A stretch of DNA of 64,000 bases from Camelus dromedarius (GCF_036321535.1 NC_087437.1:19594001-19658000), one strand, 5' to 3'. Positions 11,373-24,099 are shown, counted from the first letter of the stretch. Notes: generated by a model from the sequence alone, not told the origin. Made by a program: numbers and translations.

Positions 11373-13849
11373 ATGCTTTATCTTAAATACTTAAGCCAAA
11401 CTATTTGAGAGAGAGAGTGGGTAAACTTGATGAAATTATGTGGCAAAAATATACTTTGGTTATGGATGAAGGGTTTATGGGTCTTCTTGATACCATTTTT
11501 TTTCTCTTTAGGATTGACATTTTCTAGGTAAAATCGGAGAAAAAAGAATGCTTAAAAGTCATTCATACTATACAAAGTAAAAGTGGGTAATGTTTTTTGT
11601 CAATAAACATCCTAAATCAGGTATACATGTATTTTGAAACTGACACATTTTTTATTAGGCATTTCAGGTATTTTTGTTGAACCATCTGTAATATTGAGTC
11701 ATGTTCTCAGCATTTATAGCTTTAGAGTTTGCATTGACCTATTTCTCACACCTGCTGTTTTCTGCCTCCCCATACCATTGGCTGTGACCTGGAGGTTCAT
11801 TCTCCTCTTTCTACCATTTTCTTACTTGGCTTTGAAGGTGGGTCCTTGGGAGAGCAGATCTAGTTCTTGACGCTGACCATGCTGTCTCTGGTGGCTGTAG
11901 GTAAAACCCCTACTGGTGGTGGAAATTCTCCTATACCATGGGGAGCTCCTGATGCACAGACAGAATTCATATAAATGAAACCAAGTTTCCCTGTGCTTAT
12001 CTGTTATTGCAAAATATAAAAGAGGTAGTTTTGATCTTCAAGTTAGGACACATGGCCTGTCTATTAACACATGGTCCCAGAAAGCAGACCTAAGTTCCCA
12101 ACATGCACCCTCAAGTCAAAAATCCCAAGTGCAGGTCTTTCCAGGTAGACAGATTGATCTGTGACTGAACTGCTTCCCATGCAGGCAACCTCATATGGCA
12201 TGCTTCTGGTGAGCAGTAGTGGGAGTTGCATTATTTAAAAACTGTGAACAGTTACAAACAGCACAGGGCAGAAGCTAGTGAGAAATGAAATGGTGAACCC
12301 AGAATATTCCTGGAGAATAGTACAGAATCTCCTCCCTAATGGTACAGTTTTCATACCCAGCTGAGAGCTCCCTGTTCCCAGGAATCTTTCCATGCCTTCT
12401 TGGCTGTCTGGGAGCCATCCTCCCAGCTCTTTGCCCCTCTCACTCCTGTTTAAAGGGAGTTTCCCACCTGCCATTTCTGTTCCTGCCTTTTCTCTTATCA
12501 TAATGGCTGGCTGGATGCTGAGAAACATGGTTTATGCAGGAAAGGGTGAAACGCACATTAGTTTAATGTTTTCTGAATATTAACTCTGTTTTTCTTATTT
12601 TATCTACCAGCATGTGTGACTGTGCAGTGTGCATAGAATTGTGTCAATAATGTTTTATTTCCTTGAGGAGTTCACAATTAGCAAAGGAAGAAAGAACTTA
12701 AAATTAAAAAAAAAAAAAACCCACCTAACGCGTAAGGAAAACCAAGAGCCAAATCTAATGATTACACTCAAAAGGGCGAGCAGAGTTCTGGAGGCCTCTT
12801 CTCAGTTCTCTGGGGAAGCATGGACTAGAGTTTAGAATTAAGAGTCAAAACTGTTAGTGGTCTCAGTGTCCTGGCTAAAAAGCACACCGTAAGTTTGCAA
12901 CATGGAAGCACGTACCATCAGGGAAACTGTTTACTGGGGTTTCCTTGACGTTCCGTTGTCAAGGGAATCATCTATCTCCCTTATATTAGAATCATTATTG
13001 CCAACGTGTATGGTGTACTGTGTAATGCACACTGTCTTGTCTTTCCCAGCCAAGATTCCAGGTCCACCTGCATTTTCTTGGGGTTCAAAGTTTGAAGTCT
13101 CACTTAAGCTAATAAATGACTGACCTTCCCAGGGGAAACAGAAACAAAATTCTGACTTTCAAGTATTGTGATCATTTCTGCTGGAGACATGCATTGGCTC
13201 ATCATCCCAACCTTGAACTACTAGATCCTTATAGCACTGCAGGTTAACTGCCTTGCAGTTAATTCAGCCAGTTGCAAATTCTTCACGGCAAAGGTTTAAC
13301 TTTAAATCTGATGCTGTATCCATCTCATGGCATTTTAAAACGGTCCAGTGATTTCACTACCTTAAAGATTGCACACTGTTTGATTGATAACTTAGAGCTC
13401 AAACGTTTCCAAAAAGAAAAAAGTCATTTCACAAATCAGTTTCCCCAACTGTTCAATTTTTTTGTCATGAGTCCTCAATTTAACCACTGGAACTAGATCA
13501 TTAAAAAACATCCATTCTCAGATCATAACATCTGAGAGACCAAGCATCCTCCTTAATAATAATGTCAAATAGTACTTTTAATGCTACTAATTATTTGCAT
13601 TTATTTTAATAGGTTTTTCTGATCAAGAGCAATGTATGCATGTGTGGAAGAAATTTAACTATAAAAAAGCACAATGAAAATCTTTTTGAAAGCACCAATA
13701 AGAGATCTGCAACAAGCATTTTTGTGTACATCCATCAGATTTGTTTCCCTATTAGGTTGAACTGCATGAAATTGCCAATATTCAATCATTTTGGGTTTAC
13801 AAAGTGGCAGTTTCAATGGTTCTATCTCGTACAGATATATTCATATAAG

Positions 13850-14135
13850 CTTCATTTATTTCAAAGCCTGCATATTTTTGCCTAATATCTCTGGAACAAT
13901 TCTCCATGTTTAAATAAATCTTTTATGAAAGTATTACATGGATTTTATTAAATGACTCACACTATTTATTCAGTTTTTCATTACTGGGTATTTCTGTTAT
14001 TCCCTCCTCCCACTTTTAAAATTTGCTATTGTAAATACGACTATGATGAGCATTTTTATTCCCATCTGACCAGTTTCTAAGGAGAGATATTTAGAAGTAG
14101 ATTTTCTGGGTTAAGAGGATTGAATGTTTTAAATA
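13850..14135 (-). mobile_element. Old L1M (L1ME-like) fragment
   Basis: ttgctattgtaaatacgactatgatgagcattttt...tagaagtagattttctgggttaagagg resembles the L1ME 3' region. Confidence 0.6.
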
Positions 14136-14159
14136 ATACTGATGCTGCAGACTGAACAA

Positions 14160-14370
14160 GGAAGCGTAGGTCTTGGAAAGAGCGTTAGACAGGGCTTTGC
14201 CCGTGCCTGGATTTGAAACCTGCCGTATCCAACAGCCTAACCTGATTTTACCCTTTGGTGAATTGTGTTATAATGACCTTAAACAGTTGATTAAAAGATT
14301 AAATAAGATATATTATACAAAGTGTCTGTTGCCTTCTTGACCTTTGGAAGAAGCTCATAAGACATTAGCT
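14160..14370 (+). mobile_element. MIR SINE (degraded)
   Basis: gaaagagcgttagac...ctggatttgaaacc...gattaaataagatat...ctcataagacattagct. Confidence 0.55.
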
Positions 14371-14654
14371 CCATTCATACTAAGGCCCCTTAACACAGAC
14401 CATGGTGATGTTTTGTCTAGAGAAATGGAAACTTTAAAGATCGGACTTCAGGCATTATAGAGGCTGGTAGGGGGCCTAAGACCATTTCCTTTTCCTTCTT
14501 ATTTTCAGTTTCTCTTCTTTCCTCTCAATTCCCAAATCCCAGAGGCCAGAGTCTGTCTCTCTCTGCTCTAACTCTTGGAAGGCTAGGACTTTTTCCTAAA
14601 TTCTCCTTCTCTAAGATGAGAAGAAAGCCAAGAAACTGTTCAGTCTAGGATTCA

Positions 14655-14872
14655 CAGCACAGGGATGCCTGGGACCAAATCCCAACTTGTCCACCCTGGA
14701 GCTTTGTGATCTCAGGCAGGTTAATTGACTGTTTTGTGCTCAGTTTCCCTCTTTGTGAAGCAGGACTGAAAATAACTGTCCCTAGAAGGCCAGGCCAGGA
14801 GAAGTTAACACAGGTAAAGCACTTAGAACGCTGCCTGGCACGTAGTTAGCATCCAGTAAATGTCAGTTATTA
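14655..14872 (+). mobile_element. MIR SINE
   Basis: gctttgtgatctcaggcaggttaattgac...ctcagtttccctctttgt...gtaaagcacttagaacgctgcctggcacgtag...gtaaatgtcagttatta. Confidence 0.85.
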
Positions 14873-14877
14873 CCAGA

Positions 14878-14985
14878 AAGCAGGCTCTGGAAGGGCAGAG
14901 ATTTTGACTGGCTCATTCACTGCCAGTCTCCTGGTGCCTACAACAGTGCCTGGCATGGTGCAGATCCTCAGTCACTTGTTGAAAA
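14878..14985 (+). mobile_element. L2 3' end
   Basis: ctctggaagggcagagattttgactggctcattcactgc...acagtgcctggcatgg...ttgttgaa. Confidence 0.75.
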
Positions 14986-15140
14986 AAAAAATGGTTCTCT
15001 GAACCCCTTCATTGCCCAAGCATGGTTCTGGACGCTGTTTGTGCCACTTTTGTTGTTGTTGTTCATGATAGAGCCATTCTAGAGTTTGCTCCCAACTTCT
15101 TAAAGATAGTTTCTCAGACATAAATATTTAACATGACTTT

Positions 15141-15226
15141 TTTTTTAGCAAGGGTCCTGGGGATTGAACCCAGGACCTCGTGCATGCTAAGCATACACCC
15201 TACCACTGAGCTATTTCTCTCCCCAC
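15141..15226 (-). mobile_element. tRNA-Ala-derived SINE (camelid Vic-1-like), short form
   Basis: Minus strand reads ggggagagaaatagctcagtggtagggtgtatgcttagcatgcacgaggtcctgggttcaatcccc, with A and B boxes and an A tail. TSD taacatgacttt / taatgtgacttt. Confidence 0.9.
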
Positions 15227-15425
15227 TAATGTGACTTTAGCTGCAGAATCACTTTCCTTTAGTGCTTTCAGAGTCCCTCCTGTGTCTGCACAATCAGGCA
15301 GGCACTTGCTTTATGCAACAAGTAATCATGGATCCGAATCACATAGTGCAATGGCCTAGGCGTTTCACTGTGGAGCATCATGTGGGAGAGCAGTCTCCAG
15401 CCATCAGACACCTGGCTTCGAGTAG

Positions 15426-15430
<5 letters not shown>

Positions 15431-15478
<48 letters not shown>
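15431..15478. repeat. (AC)n microsatellite, ~24 units
   Basis: Perfect run read directly. Confidence 0.98.
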
Positions 15479-15482
<4 letters not shown>

Positions 15483-15729
15483 CCCAAATCGTCTGCCCTC
15501 AGCTGGGGCTCCAGTCTCTCCAGTCTAGTGGGAGGCACTTCTCGCCATGAACCATGAGTGCTCTGGAGGATGGTGAGAGCAGGAAGAGAGCGGCAAAGAG
15601 AATTTATGGGAGGTTGATGTTGCTGAGTGACATCTCAGATCATTTCAGCTCAACTCTACTGAACCCGTGCCATCCACAGGCAAGAGATGGAATCAGGAAA
15701 AAGATATGAACAAGACACAGGGCAAATAT

Positions 15730-15845
15730 GGAGACTGTAAATCTCTCAGGGCAAGGACTCTCTGTTTTACTTTATCTCTGTATCTTAGGGATGTCACAGG
15801 GTCCAGCCCAGAGCAGTCAGTAAATGTTAAGTAAATGCATAATGG
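15730..15845 (+). mobile_element. L2 3' end
   Basis: agactgtaaatctctcagggcaaggactctctgttttac...cagtaaatgtt. Confidence 0.7.
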
Positions 15846-16063
15846 AAGATGAGTGCTCAGCTCTCCGGATTGCATGAGCTCCTCAAGGTCTGAATGGATG
15901 GAGCAGTTGTTTCTAAGGGGTTGGGTTGGAGCATACCCATGAGATGCCCAAAAGGCAAGGCTCTAGAAGAAAAATGCCCTTGGATTACACTGAGTCATTT
16001 TTCTGTACCAAAAATAATTGAGATGGACATCTCTTGAGTATAGAAGAATTTGAAGTGGAGCTG

Positions 16064-16546
16064 TGTAGTAGCCAGAAAAAATGGTTCCTCAAAGTGTTCA
16101 TGTCCTAGTGCCTAGAACCTGGGAATATTTTAGGTTATTTCTGCAAAGGGGACTTTGCAGACGTGATTAAGTTAAGGATCTAGAGATGAGGAGATTATCC
16201 TGGATTATCTGGGTGGGATCAAGGTAAGCATAAGGATGATAAGACGGAAGTAGGAAGATCAGAATTGGAAAAAGTGATGTGATCATAGGAGCAGAGAGAA
16301 AGAGACTGGAAGATGCTATGCTTCTGGCTTTGAATGTAGAGGAAGAGGCCACAAGCTAAGGGATTTAGATGGCCACTAGAAGTCAGAAAAAGCAAGGAAA
16401 ATGGATTCTCCTCTAGAGTCTCCAAGGGAAATGTTTCCCTGATAATACCTTGATTTTAGGACTTCTGGTCTCCAGAACTGTAAGAAAAGAATTGAAATGT
16501 TGAAGCCACTAAGTTTGTAGTAATTGGTTACAACTGTAATAGACAT
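16064..16546 (+). mobile_element. MLT1D-type MaLR solo LTR
   Basis: ggactttgcagacgtgattaagttaaggatctagagatgaggagattatcctggattatctgggtggg...ggattctcctctagagtctcc...aagccactaagtttgtagtaattggttaca. Confidence 0.9.
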
Positions 16547-17224
16547 AGGCAGAATGTGGAGAAACACAGGCTCTGAAGCTTGATGAAGGGAGAGAAACTG
16601 CAAATACAGGTTTGGGGGCTGTCGGGGAACTTGCAGAGGTGAGTGTAAGGGGCTATTAGAAATGGGGAGCAGGTGAGGGGTTGAACAAGCCTGCAGTCCT
16701 CATGGTCCTCATGATCAAGAATTTGGGCTTCAATGCTAGGCCACTGGAGAGTTAGAAACAACACCAATGTGGGTGCTGGAGGAGAAGTGGGGTATAAGAT
16801 CAATGGCCAAGACCAGCAAGGAGGCTACTGCAAAGAACCAAACCATGGGGGTGCAGAGAGGAAACCACCTGAGGGAGCAATAGAAGTGGTTTCCTTTCAG
16901 ATCCATCCTTCAGATGTATGAACACCCATTTTGAATAACTTCCTCCAAGCATTGTGATTAACAAGTCTTCTTAAGTGAAGCTGGGCAGGCTGCCTCTACC
17001 AGGCAGCGGAGGATCAGTTAGCACCTGAGGCCCCAGGGGGCCCCAGGACCCAAAGAGCAGCCAATAATGGGTCCTGCTGTGGCAGGTGCTCCATACCTGA
17101 GGATGGGCTCTGTCCTGTGTCCAGCCATCTCACCTTTTCATCTGCATCTTTAAGTCACAGCAGCCAGAAGAAGGTGAGCTAAGGGGTTGTTTCTGAGCCT
17201 TAACTGATTGAATCAGGCTAATAG

Positions 17225-17345
17225 TGATTCCATTTTGTGGATAAGAAGGTTGAGGGACAGGGAGGCTAAGTAACTCACTCTAGGGTGTCTGTGTAGCAGA
17301 TGTCAGCACTGGCGTTTATTGCAAACTCTGTGCACTCAAGCCCGA
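17225..17345 (-). mobile_element. MIR fragment
   Basis: ccattttgtggataagaaggttgagggacagggaggctaagtaact. Confidence 0.65.
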
Positions 17346-19199
17346 CTCTCCATTTGTGAGCACACACAGAGGTCTTCCGAGGGATGTCGTGTGTGGCTTC
17401 ATTCTGTGTTACTGTGAAAGACGCGTAACGTGACTCTGCCTGTATCATCCCCATTGATGCAACCTGAGGATTTGTCAGAGGGGATTTGTCCTGGACCTGC
17501 CCATCTTGGTGTCTGCGTGGTCAGAATCCTTCTCCAGCCAGTGAGGCTCTGCCCTACTCCTAGCAGAAGCAGCAATGTGCTGTTGCACCTCCAGAAGCTG
17601 GGGGAAGGCATAGTTGCTGGTTGGACCAGGGATCAACCCTTGATCCAGGAGGGATTTGTTGATAGGGTGCCAAGAGCCCTGACGGAGGCAGCAGGAAATG
17701 AAGAGCTGGCCCAGCAAGGGGGATGGTTGTGAGCTAGTCCATCAGCAGCTTCCCTGTAGGTCGTTGCCTGGAGGATACAAATGCAATTGGCCCAGAGGTA
17801 ACAAAAGGTCACAGGGCAGATGTGCAGAGTCTAGGGAGATGGACAAGAAAGCAGGAATGACAACAGAGACACCACGGCCACACTTCCATACCTGAGTTTC
17901 CCTTCCCAAACACTCCCTCTAAACAATGATGCATTTTTCTAATTAGGAGTTTTCATAGAAGGCTTAAATGCCTCCATAGGCATTTTCCTGGTAAGGAGAC
18001 TGTAGGGCAATTAGGCTGCCCAGCAGCTGACAGGGGCTTGCCCGCTGCTCTCAATTTGCATTCCAGGGAAGCAGGAGCAAGGGAAACCCAGACTCACTTG
18101 TAGGCAGAAGAAACCCAGCTCCCTGGTTACAGCTCCTGTTACAGAAGGGACTGTGTTTTGTTATTCCAGTAGAGCAGGGCTGGCTGGGATGCATGGCCCA
18201 ACTCTCCCACCTCCCCAGATGCCATCTTTCCTGGGGACAGCAAGCTTTGCTTCATCTTTTAGATTCTTAAATTTATGACGTGCCACCACCTGCCTGCAAG
18301 TCTAGGACAGCAGCACGTTGTATAGTTCTCAGAATTCTGCAACAAGGAAGTCTTCAACATTGCCTTTTCACAAACTGAATTGACCACAAAAATCCTTTCT
18401 TCATATAATAGCTGCAAAGAATCCATGGAACCAGGCTTCTAGGGAATAGACTTTGGGTATTTTTAATCTAGGAAATCTCAAGCATGTTCCTTCAGTCTCC
18501 AACAGATCCTCTGCAGCTAATTCTATCTCAGGCCTTGAAGCAAGCACTGGGGCCACAAAGAACTTCAGGTTCAAGCCCTGTCCTTGGAGAGCTTGGTGAA
18601 GTGAGGGAGACAAGACAGAGGCCACAGAGAGGGGGTCCCCAGGTCATCTTGAGGCAGTGAAGGCTCCCTGGAGGAGGGGACACCTGAGATGAGTCTCTAA
18701 GAACAAGGAGTATTGCACGCCAAGTCCTGTAGGAGCCGTGCTCAGCACAGAGTGGGTAATGAATGCAAAGCATTCCAGAATGGACTAAGCACAATACTTA
18801 ATGTAGTAAATGCTTAGTCATCACTTTCTAGTTAAGGAGTGAAAGTATGGATTTTGGCTCTCAGCAAAAGCACCTTTAATGATTAAGCTATAGACATTTT
18901 TCAGGCTCATTTCCTTTGCAATCGAGAAACCAGTTATTTGGAAGAGCCATCTTGGATCCCTACGCAAAACTTACTGACCTGTTTCTGACTTCGCTGGGCA
19001 TGTGGAGTTGATGCTGCCAAGGGCCAGTTTAGATAAGACTGGGCTGAGAACCTGGCACAAACCTGTTTGCCTACCTTTGCAGAAAGTGAACAGATGGAGG
19101 GAGAGGCTTGTGCTTTCTGGACAGTCATTAATAAGCCACTTAGAAACCGTATCAATCCACCCTGGAGAGAACCAATTTCTTCCAAGTGTGCAGGACAGA

Positions 19200-19420
19200 A
19201 TATAATATTTCCAATACCTTCTATACATCTAGCCCTGTGCTGGGTATTTTCACACAAGGCTTCTCATTTCACCCTCCTAGTGATCTTATGAATAAAGGGA
19301 GGATATTTTGTTCATTTTACTTAGGGAAATAACTGTGGTTTGGAGAATTGAAGTGACCGGCTAAGGGGGATATGGCTAGGACTCATACTGAAGAATGTTT
19401 GAGGCCAGATCCAAGTGCCC
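19200..19420 (-). mobile_element. MIR SINE
   Basis: gccctgtgctgggtattttcacac...tctcatttc...cattttacttagggaaataactgtggtttggagaattgaagtgac. Confidence 0.7.
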
Positions 19421-20984
19421 ATCACACTGTTTCATAGTGTCTCTTCAAGAGATGGGAAAGTAAAGGTTATCAAGGATAAGCCTCTGACCCATGCTTCCCT
19501 TAAGGGGTAGACCAGGTACTCAGTGCTCGTGCTTCTGACCAACCATCCTGTGTCCTGGAAAACCAGAGTCAGACTGATTTCTCACTCACTCCTTACTATC
19601 TCCTATGACAAAGGAGAATGTGTCCTTTTTCCTCCCATGCTTCTTGTGCTGTAGGGGTAAACTTTCACCTTGACATGTGAGGTGATTTCCTCTGCAAAAC
19701 TTCCCCCTCTTACATTCAAAAACCCATTACCCCCAACTGTGGTTTATTGGCTGCTCTATTAGCATTTAGTAGAAAACAGAAAATATTAGGGTTCCTCCCT
19801 CAGCTCTCTTTTCATTTGTCATGTCCTGGAGGTGAGTGTTGTACCTTTATATTTAGCATGCTATTAAGGCTAATTATAACTCTGAATCAAAGGAGATTGT
19901 TCAAATTAGATGGGAAATGATTAAGTGCAGCAGAGTCTGATTTTCTAGTAAGATGGGACCCCAAAGAAGTCCAAATGTAGAACCAGGATTTTCATGTACT
20001 GGAGAGATGCAGGCAGGCACAGCTCTCATATGGGTAGAGGAGTGGAGAGCCTGAAGCTGGATTCTTCTGCTGGATCTCCCTTGAGATGAACAGCCCAGAG
20101 TGGAAACATGTTGGTACTGTCCTTGGTGCTGAAACAGTTTTTTCCCCCAGAGTGAAGAGGGAGGGTGCAGAAAACTATGTCATGGCTTAGCTCCTTGGAT
20201 AAGTTGGGTCCTTATTTCTCTTCTAAAGTCACAGGCCTCCTCTGGAAAAAGAAATTAATTCAGTTTGTCCTGATCTCACTGCATTATTCCAGCACCCAAC
20301 AGCATGGCTGAATGACAGAAACAAAGAGTCCCTGCTTGAGTCTGGGGCTCCGTGGGACCTCTTCCCCTCACCAGCTGCCTCCATGCTTCCAAAATGGAGC
20401 CACAAACTCCATGAAGCACACCTCAACTGAGGAGGCACAGACTCTGGGTTATCTTTTACTATCTTTTGATTTGATTTTAAATGTAGATTGAAAATCTTAA
20501 ATTGAGCCCAAGATATACAAGAGGTTAAAATTCCCTGCTTTTGTTGAAGTGAGGAAAGTATCTGAAACTTTGGCCACATGGTCTTATCCCCACGAAGCCC
20601 TTCAAGGGTCTGTGTAGATGCCCTATAAGTCCATGGTGCAAGCCTGGAAACCACTACTTTTAGTCAAATCCTTTCCTGGCCCCTGAATACTTAGTTAGTT
20701 CCTTTTTATCATTTGAAACTAAGTTCAGTTCACCTCCCACAGGAAGCTCTCCCTTATCCCTATGCTGAGTTACGGGCTGTGCTCCCTGAGCTCTGTGCTT
20801 ATTTTTATCACTACACTGATGACTGATCACAGAGTTGGGTGACTGTGCCTCCTTCACTGGACCCAGATGTCCTTGAGGGTCAGGATCATCTGGCCTGGAA
20901 CATGGTAGATACAAACTGCATGTTAATAAGTTGATGTTTAATGAGCCTCTCACTCAAGGTAAAACAGCATTCCCAAGAAATAAT

Positions 20985-21320
20985 TTCACAGTCCCTGCTT
21001 CAACACCTCCGGGGATGGGGAACTCACTCCAAACTGAGGTATCCATTTCTGTATTAAGGCTAGTGTAATAGCAAAAGGCTTTCTCTTCATTTTGAGCCCA
21101 AGCACCTCTCCCTGTATCTTCTACATTCTAGAGCTATATAGAATAAGCCTCACCTTGCTTCCAGAATTGGACCTTCAAGTACTTGAGGGGGGAAAACACA
21201 TTGCTCAGTTCTGGGCTCAACTCCATCTATTCCTCATGGGACATTATTTTGAGTCCTTTTCCCTGTTTGTTCATTGTTATGTTCCACACACAAAAAAGTT
21301 AGTCTATGTCCCTCCTAAAA
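20985..21320 (-). mobile_element. CR1/L3 LINE fragment (ancient)
   Basis: ctgcttcaacacctccggggatggggaactcact...ttgagccc...cctctccctgtatcttcta...ccttcaagtacttga...ttcctcatgggacat follows the L3 antisense consensus in order. Confidence 0.7.
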
Positions 21321-21594
21321 ACTGAGTTGGATTTTGAAAGGTGTATATGCATAAGCATTTCACTTCTGCTCTGAGCTTGTTCAACTATTACTTAGTTTTA
21401 TCTCATTGTTCCATTTGGACATTTCTCGTAGGTTTGCTCCTCTATACTTCTAAGATCCTTCTCTATCTCATACTGGAAAACTTTTAAAGTCAAGGGTAAG
21501 AAGATGTCCTATAGCCCTTTACCTCTTCTTTCAGCAGAGTGACTGTTGGTGTGAAGACAGTGTTTCTTTTTATATTAGGTCACTTTGAATTAGC

Positions 21595-21712
21595 ATGAAA
21601 AAGCAGGCTCCATGGGGCAGGCAGCCTTGCCTGTTTTGTTTACTCCTGTATCCACAGTACATGGAAGAATGTTTGGCATATCTTGGGTGCTCAATAAATA
21701 TTTGTTGAATAA
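21595..21712 (+). mobile_element. L2a 3' end
   Basis: gctccatggggcagg...ctgttttgtttactcctgtatcc...gtgctcaataaatatttgttgaat. Confidence 0.85.
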
Positions 21713-22519
21713 TCAAAACATATAAGGCTAACGCTGGCATTTCCTGGACCTAGACACAGTGGAGATGAGGCCAGAACCCATGTCAGAAGAATTAATTGAC
21801 TATCACTTGAGGGTCCTCATGTTTCAACATATAATGTAAGATTCACTCTCACACCTCACTCATGTTTGCAGGTGGGGCAATGACTAGGACAGGGTTAATT
21901 TGTTTCCAGAAAATGGTACCTAATAGCAGAAAAGTCAAATGGAGCCTGATGATAGAATATAAAGAATAGAAATGGTGATAAAAGTATCAGTGATGGTTTA
22001 TATTTTGGGGGAGGGGGTCTCCTTAGTGCTCAGCTCTTCACATGCATTTTCTCACTTGAGTCCTCACAGGATCCCTAGTACTTTAGGAGGACAACGTAAC
22101 TAACAAGCCTGTTCCCTATCTATAGCATCGATCCCCTCAGGGCCTGCCAAGCTGTGAGTTTCCTGAGCGCAGGACCAAACCCTGGCTCTGGCTGAGCGGT
22201 TGCTATGTCTATGCACAAAGCTGAGCTTAGGCAAGATCCACTTCCCTAAGACAAAGGAGACTGTTGAGAGCAAGTGCAACTGGAGACAGTGAGCCCAGCA
22301 GAGAAGCTGTTCTTCCTGACATCGGGGCTGGTACAGTAACATGGCAGCACGAGAAGAAAACAAAACATGTAAATGTAAACATATATATGTATGCAGATGT
22401 GTACATATACACACACATACATACATACTTCATAATAAATGCAAATGTGTTTTTTTAAAGCTAGCTTTAAATACATTGATATTTAATGCTTTGAAAGCCA
22501 GGATTTTCTTTTTTTTTAA

Positions 22520-22965
22520 GTCAGCATTTTTGAGGTATAATTTAATACAGTGAAATCCACCCATTTTAAATGTACAGCTCAATTTTGATAAATGAATACT
22601 GTCATAACCACCACTACAATCAATATATAGAACAACTCCATCACCCCAGAAAGGTCTTGTGTGCCCCTTTTCGTCCGATCTCCTCCTCCCACCTCCAGCC
22701 TCTGGAAACCACTGATCTTGCATCTTTCCCTATAATTGTGTCTTCTTCAGAATGCTATATAAATTGAATCAGGCACTATGGGGCTTTTTGTGCCTGACTT
22801 TATCACTATCACTCAGCATAATGCTTTTCAAATTCATGTGTGTTGTTGCATGTATCAGTAGTTTCTTCCTTTTTATTGCTGCCTCTTCTATTTTCTGGAA
22901 GAATTTGTGTAACTGATATTGTTTCTTCCTAAAATGTTTGGTAGCATCCTCCAGTGAAACCCTCT
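22520..22965 (-). mobile_element. Old L1M (L1MC/ME-like) 3' end plus internal fragment
   Basis: ttttgaggtataatttaatacagtgaaatccacccattttaaatgtacag...catcaccccagaaagg...cactcagcataatgcttttcaaattcat...ttccttttattgctg. Confidence 0.85.
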
Positions 22966-24099
22966 GGGACAGAACAGTGTATCTTAGAGAAAAGGAATTC
23001 ACCGGCTATTTTGGATACTTTGACTGAAGGTGCAAGAATCCCTTTGCTCTTTCTTCCCTCACTGAGAAGGGACTGGGGTGTCCGTATATCCCTGAGAGAC
23101 CCCCCAGCTGCTGCTGGCTGGGTTGTGGATCAGAATGTGCAGGGCGGGGCAGGGGAAGAGGGAAGGATGGAGATTCCTCAGTGACTCAGGGAAGACACAG
23201 TGGAGGAGTAAAATGTCAGAGAAATGGCATTCCAGGCTTCCAGAGCAGAGCCCAGAAAATGGGAAAACAGCATGCCTCCAACCTCCTCACGGCCTGTTTA
23301 CGGGAGAAAATCACATCGTCAAGGTCGCATTGCTGTTTGTTTGCTGTGTTCATCCTCCCTGGAAAGAGAAAAAGCAAGCTTTAGAAAGAAGCTCCTTCTC
23401 AGGAGATTTCCAACCTCGTGTCCAGACCAAAGTGGTTTGGACAAGCTTTAGAGAAATATCTGATTGCTTTTACAGGCTTGGTGAGGCAACACTTCCAGAC
23501 GCTATGAAGTGTTCCTGATGCTACTGAAACTTCTTAGTCTTTAACCCCCCAGGATCTTCCCAATGGAAACAATATTGATTTGATCAACACTAGTCTCATA
23601 TCCTAAGGACAAATCTCCACAGCTGTCTTCAGGCAAGTTTGTTGAGATTTAGGTGCCTGTAGAAACTTTCTCCTGCTAAAAGTTTGAGAGGATATGGATT
23701 GAAAAGGGACACCCAAATTAAGTGCTCACAACAACACATATTGCTGGTGTAAAACAAGGCCGTCACTGACTGCAGGAATACTAAGGGGATTGGGAGGCCA
23801 GGAACAGGTGTCCTTAGAAAGTCTTCCAGGGAGCTTGTCCTCACCCCTTGTTTTTGCCCTCACCCCTCACTTTGGTACCCCATATTATACCTCCTGCCAT
23901 TAGCCTCTCATTCTACATTCCTAGCCCCTTGGTAGAGTTTTCTGGGGTTTTTTTTTTTTTTTTTTGGTGGGGTGTGGTGGTTCACTTCAAATAAGCTGCT
24001 TACCCACTCACTCTTTTAACAATTATTTACTGAGCAACTCCTATTTGTTTGATCCATGCTCAGTTAGAGATCCCATCTTTGTTTTCCCATAGCATCATC

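Noticed and set aside
12560..12660. Acceptor-like polypyrimidine tract plus CAG at ~12610 (similar one at ~51867)
   Set aside because: There is no matching strong donor or coding signal downstream. Such sites are frequent by chance.
15141..15226. tRNA-Ala(AGC) genes at the four tRNA-like loci
   Set aside because: They have A tails and, in three cases, clear TSDs. Acceptor stems are disrupted and SINE-specific 5'/3' extensions are present. These are retroposed SINEs.
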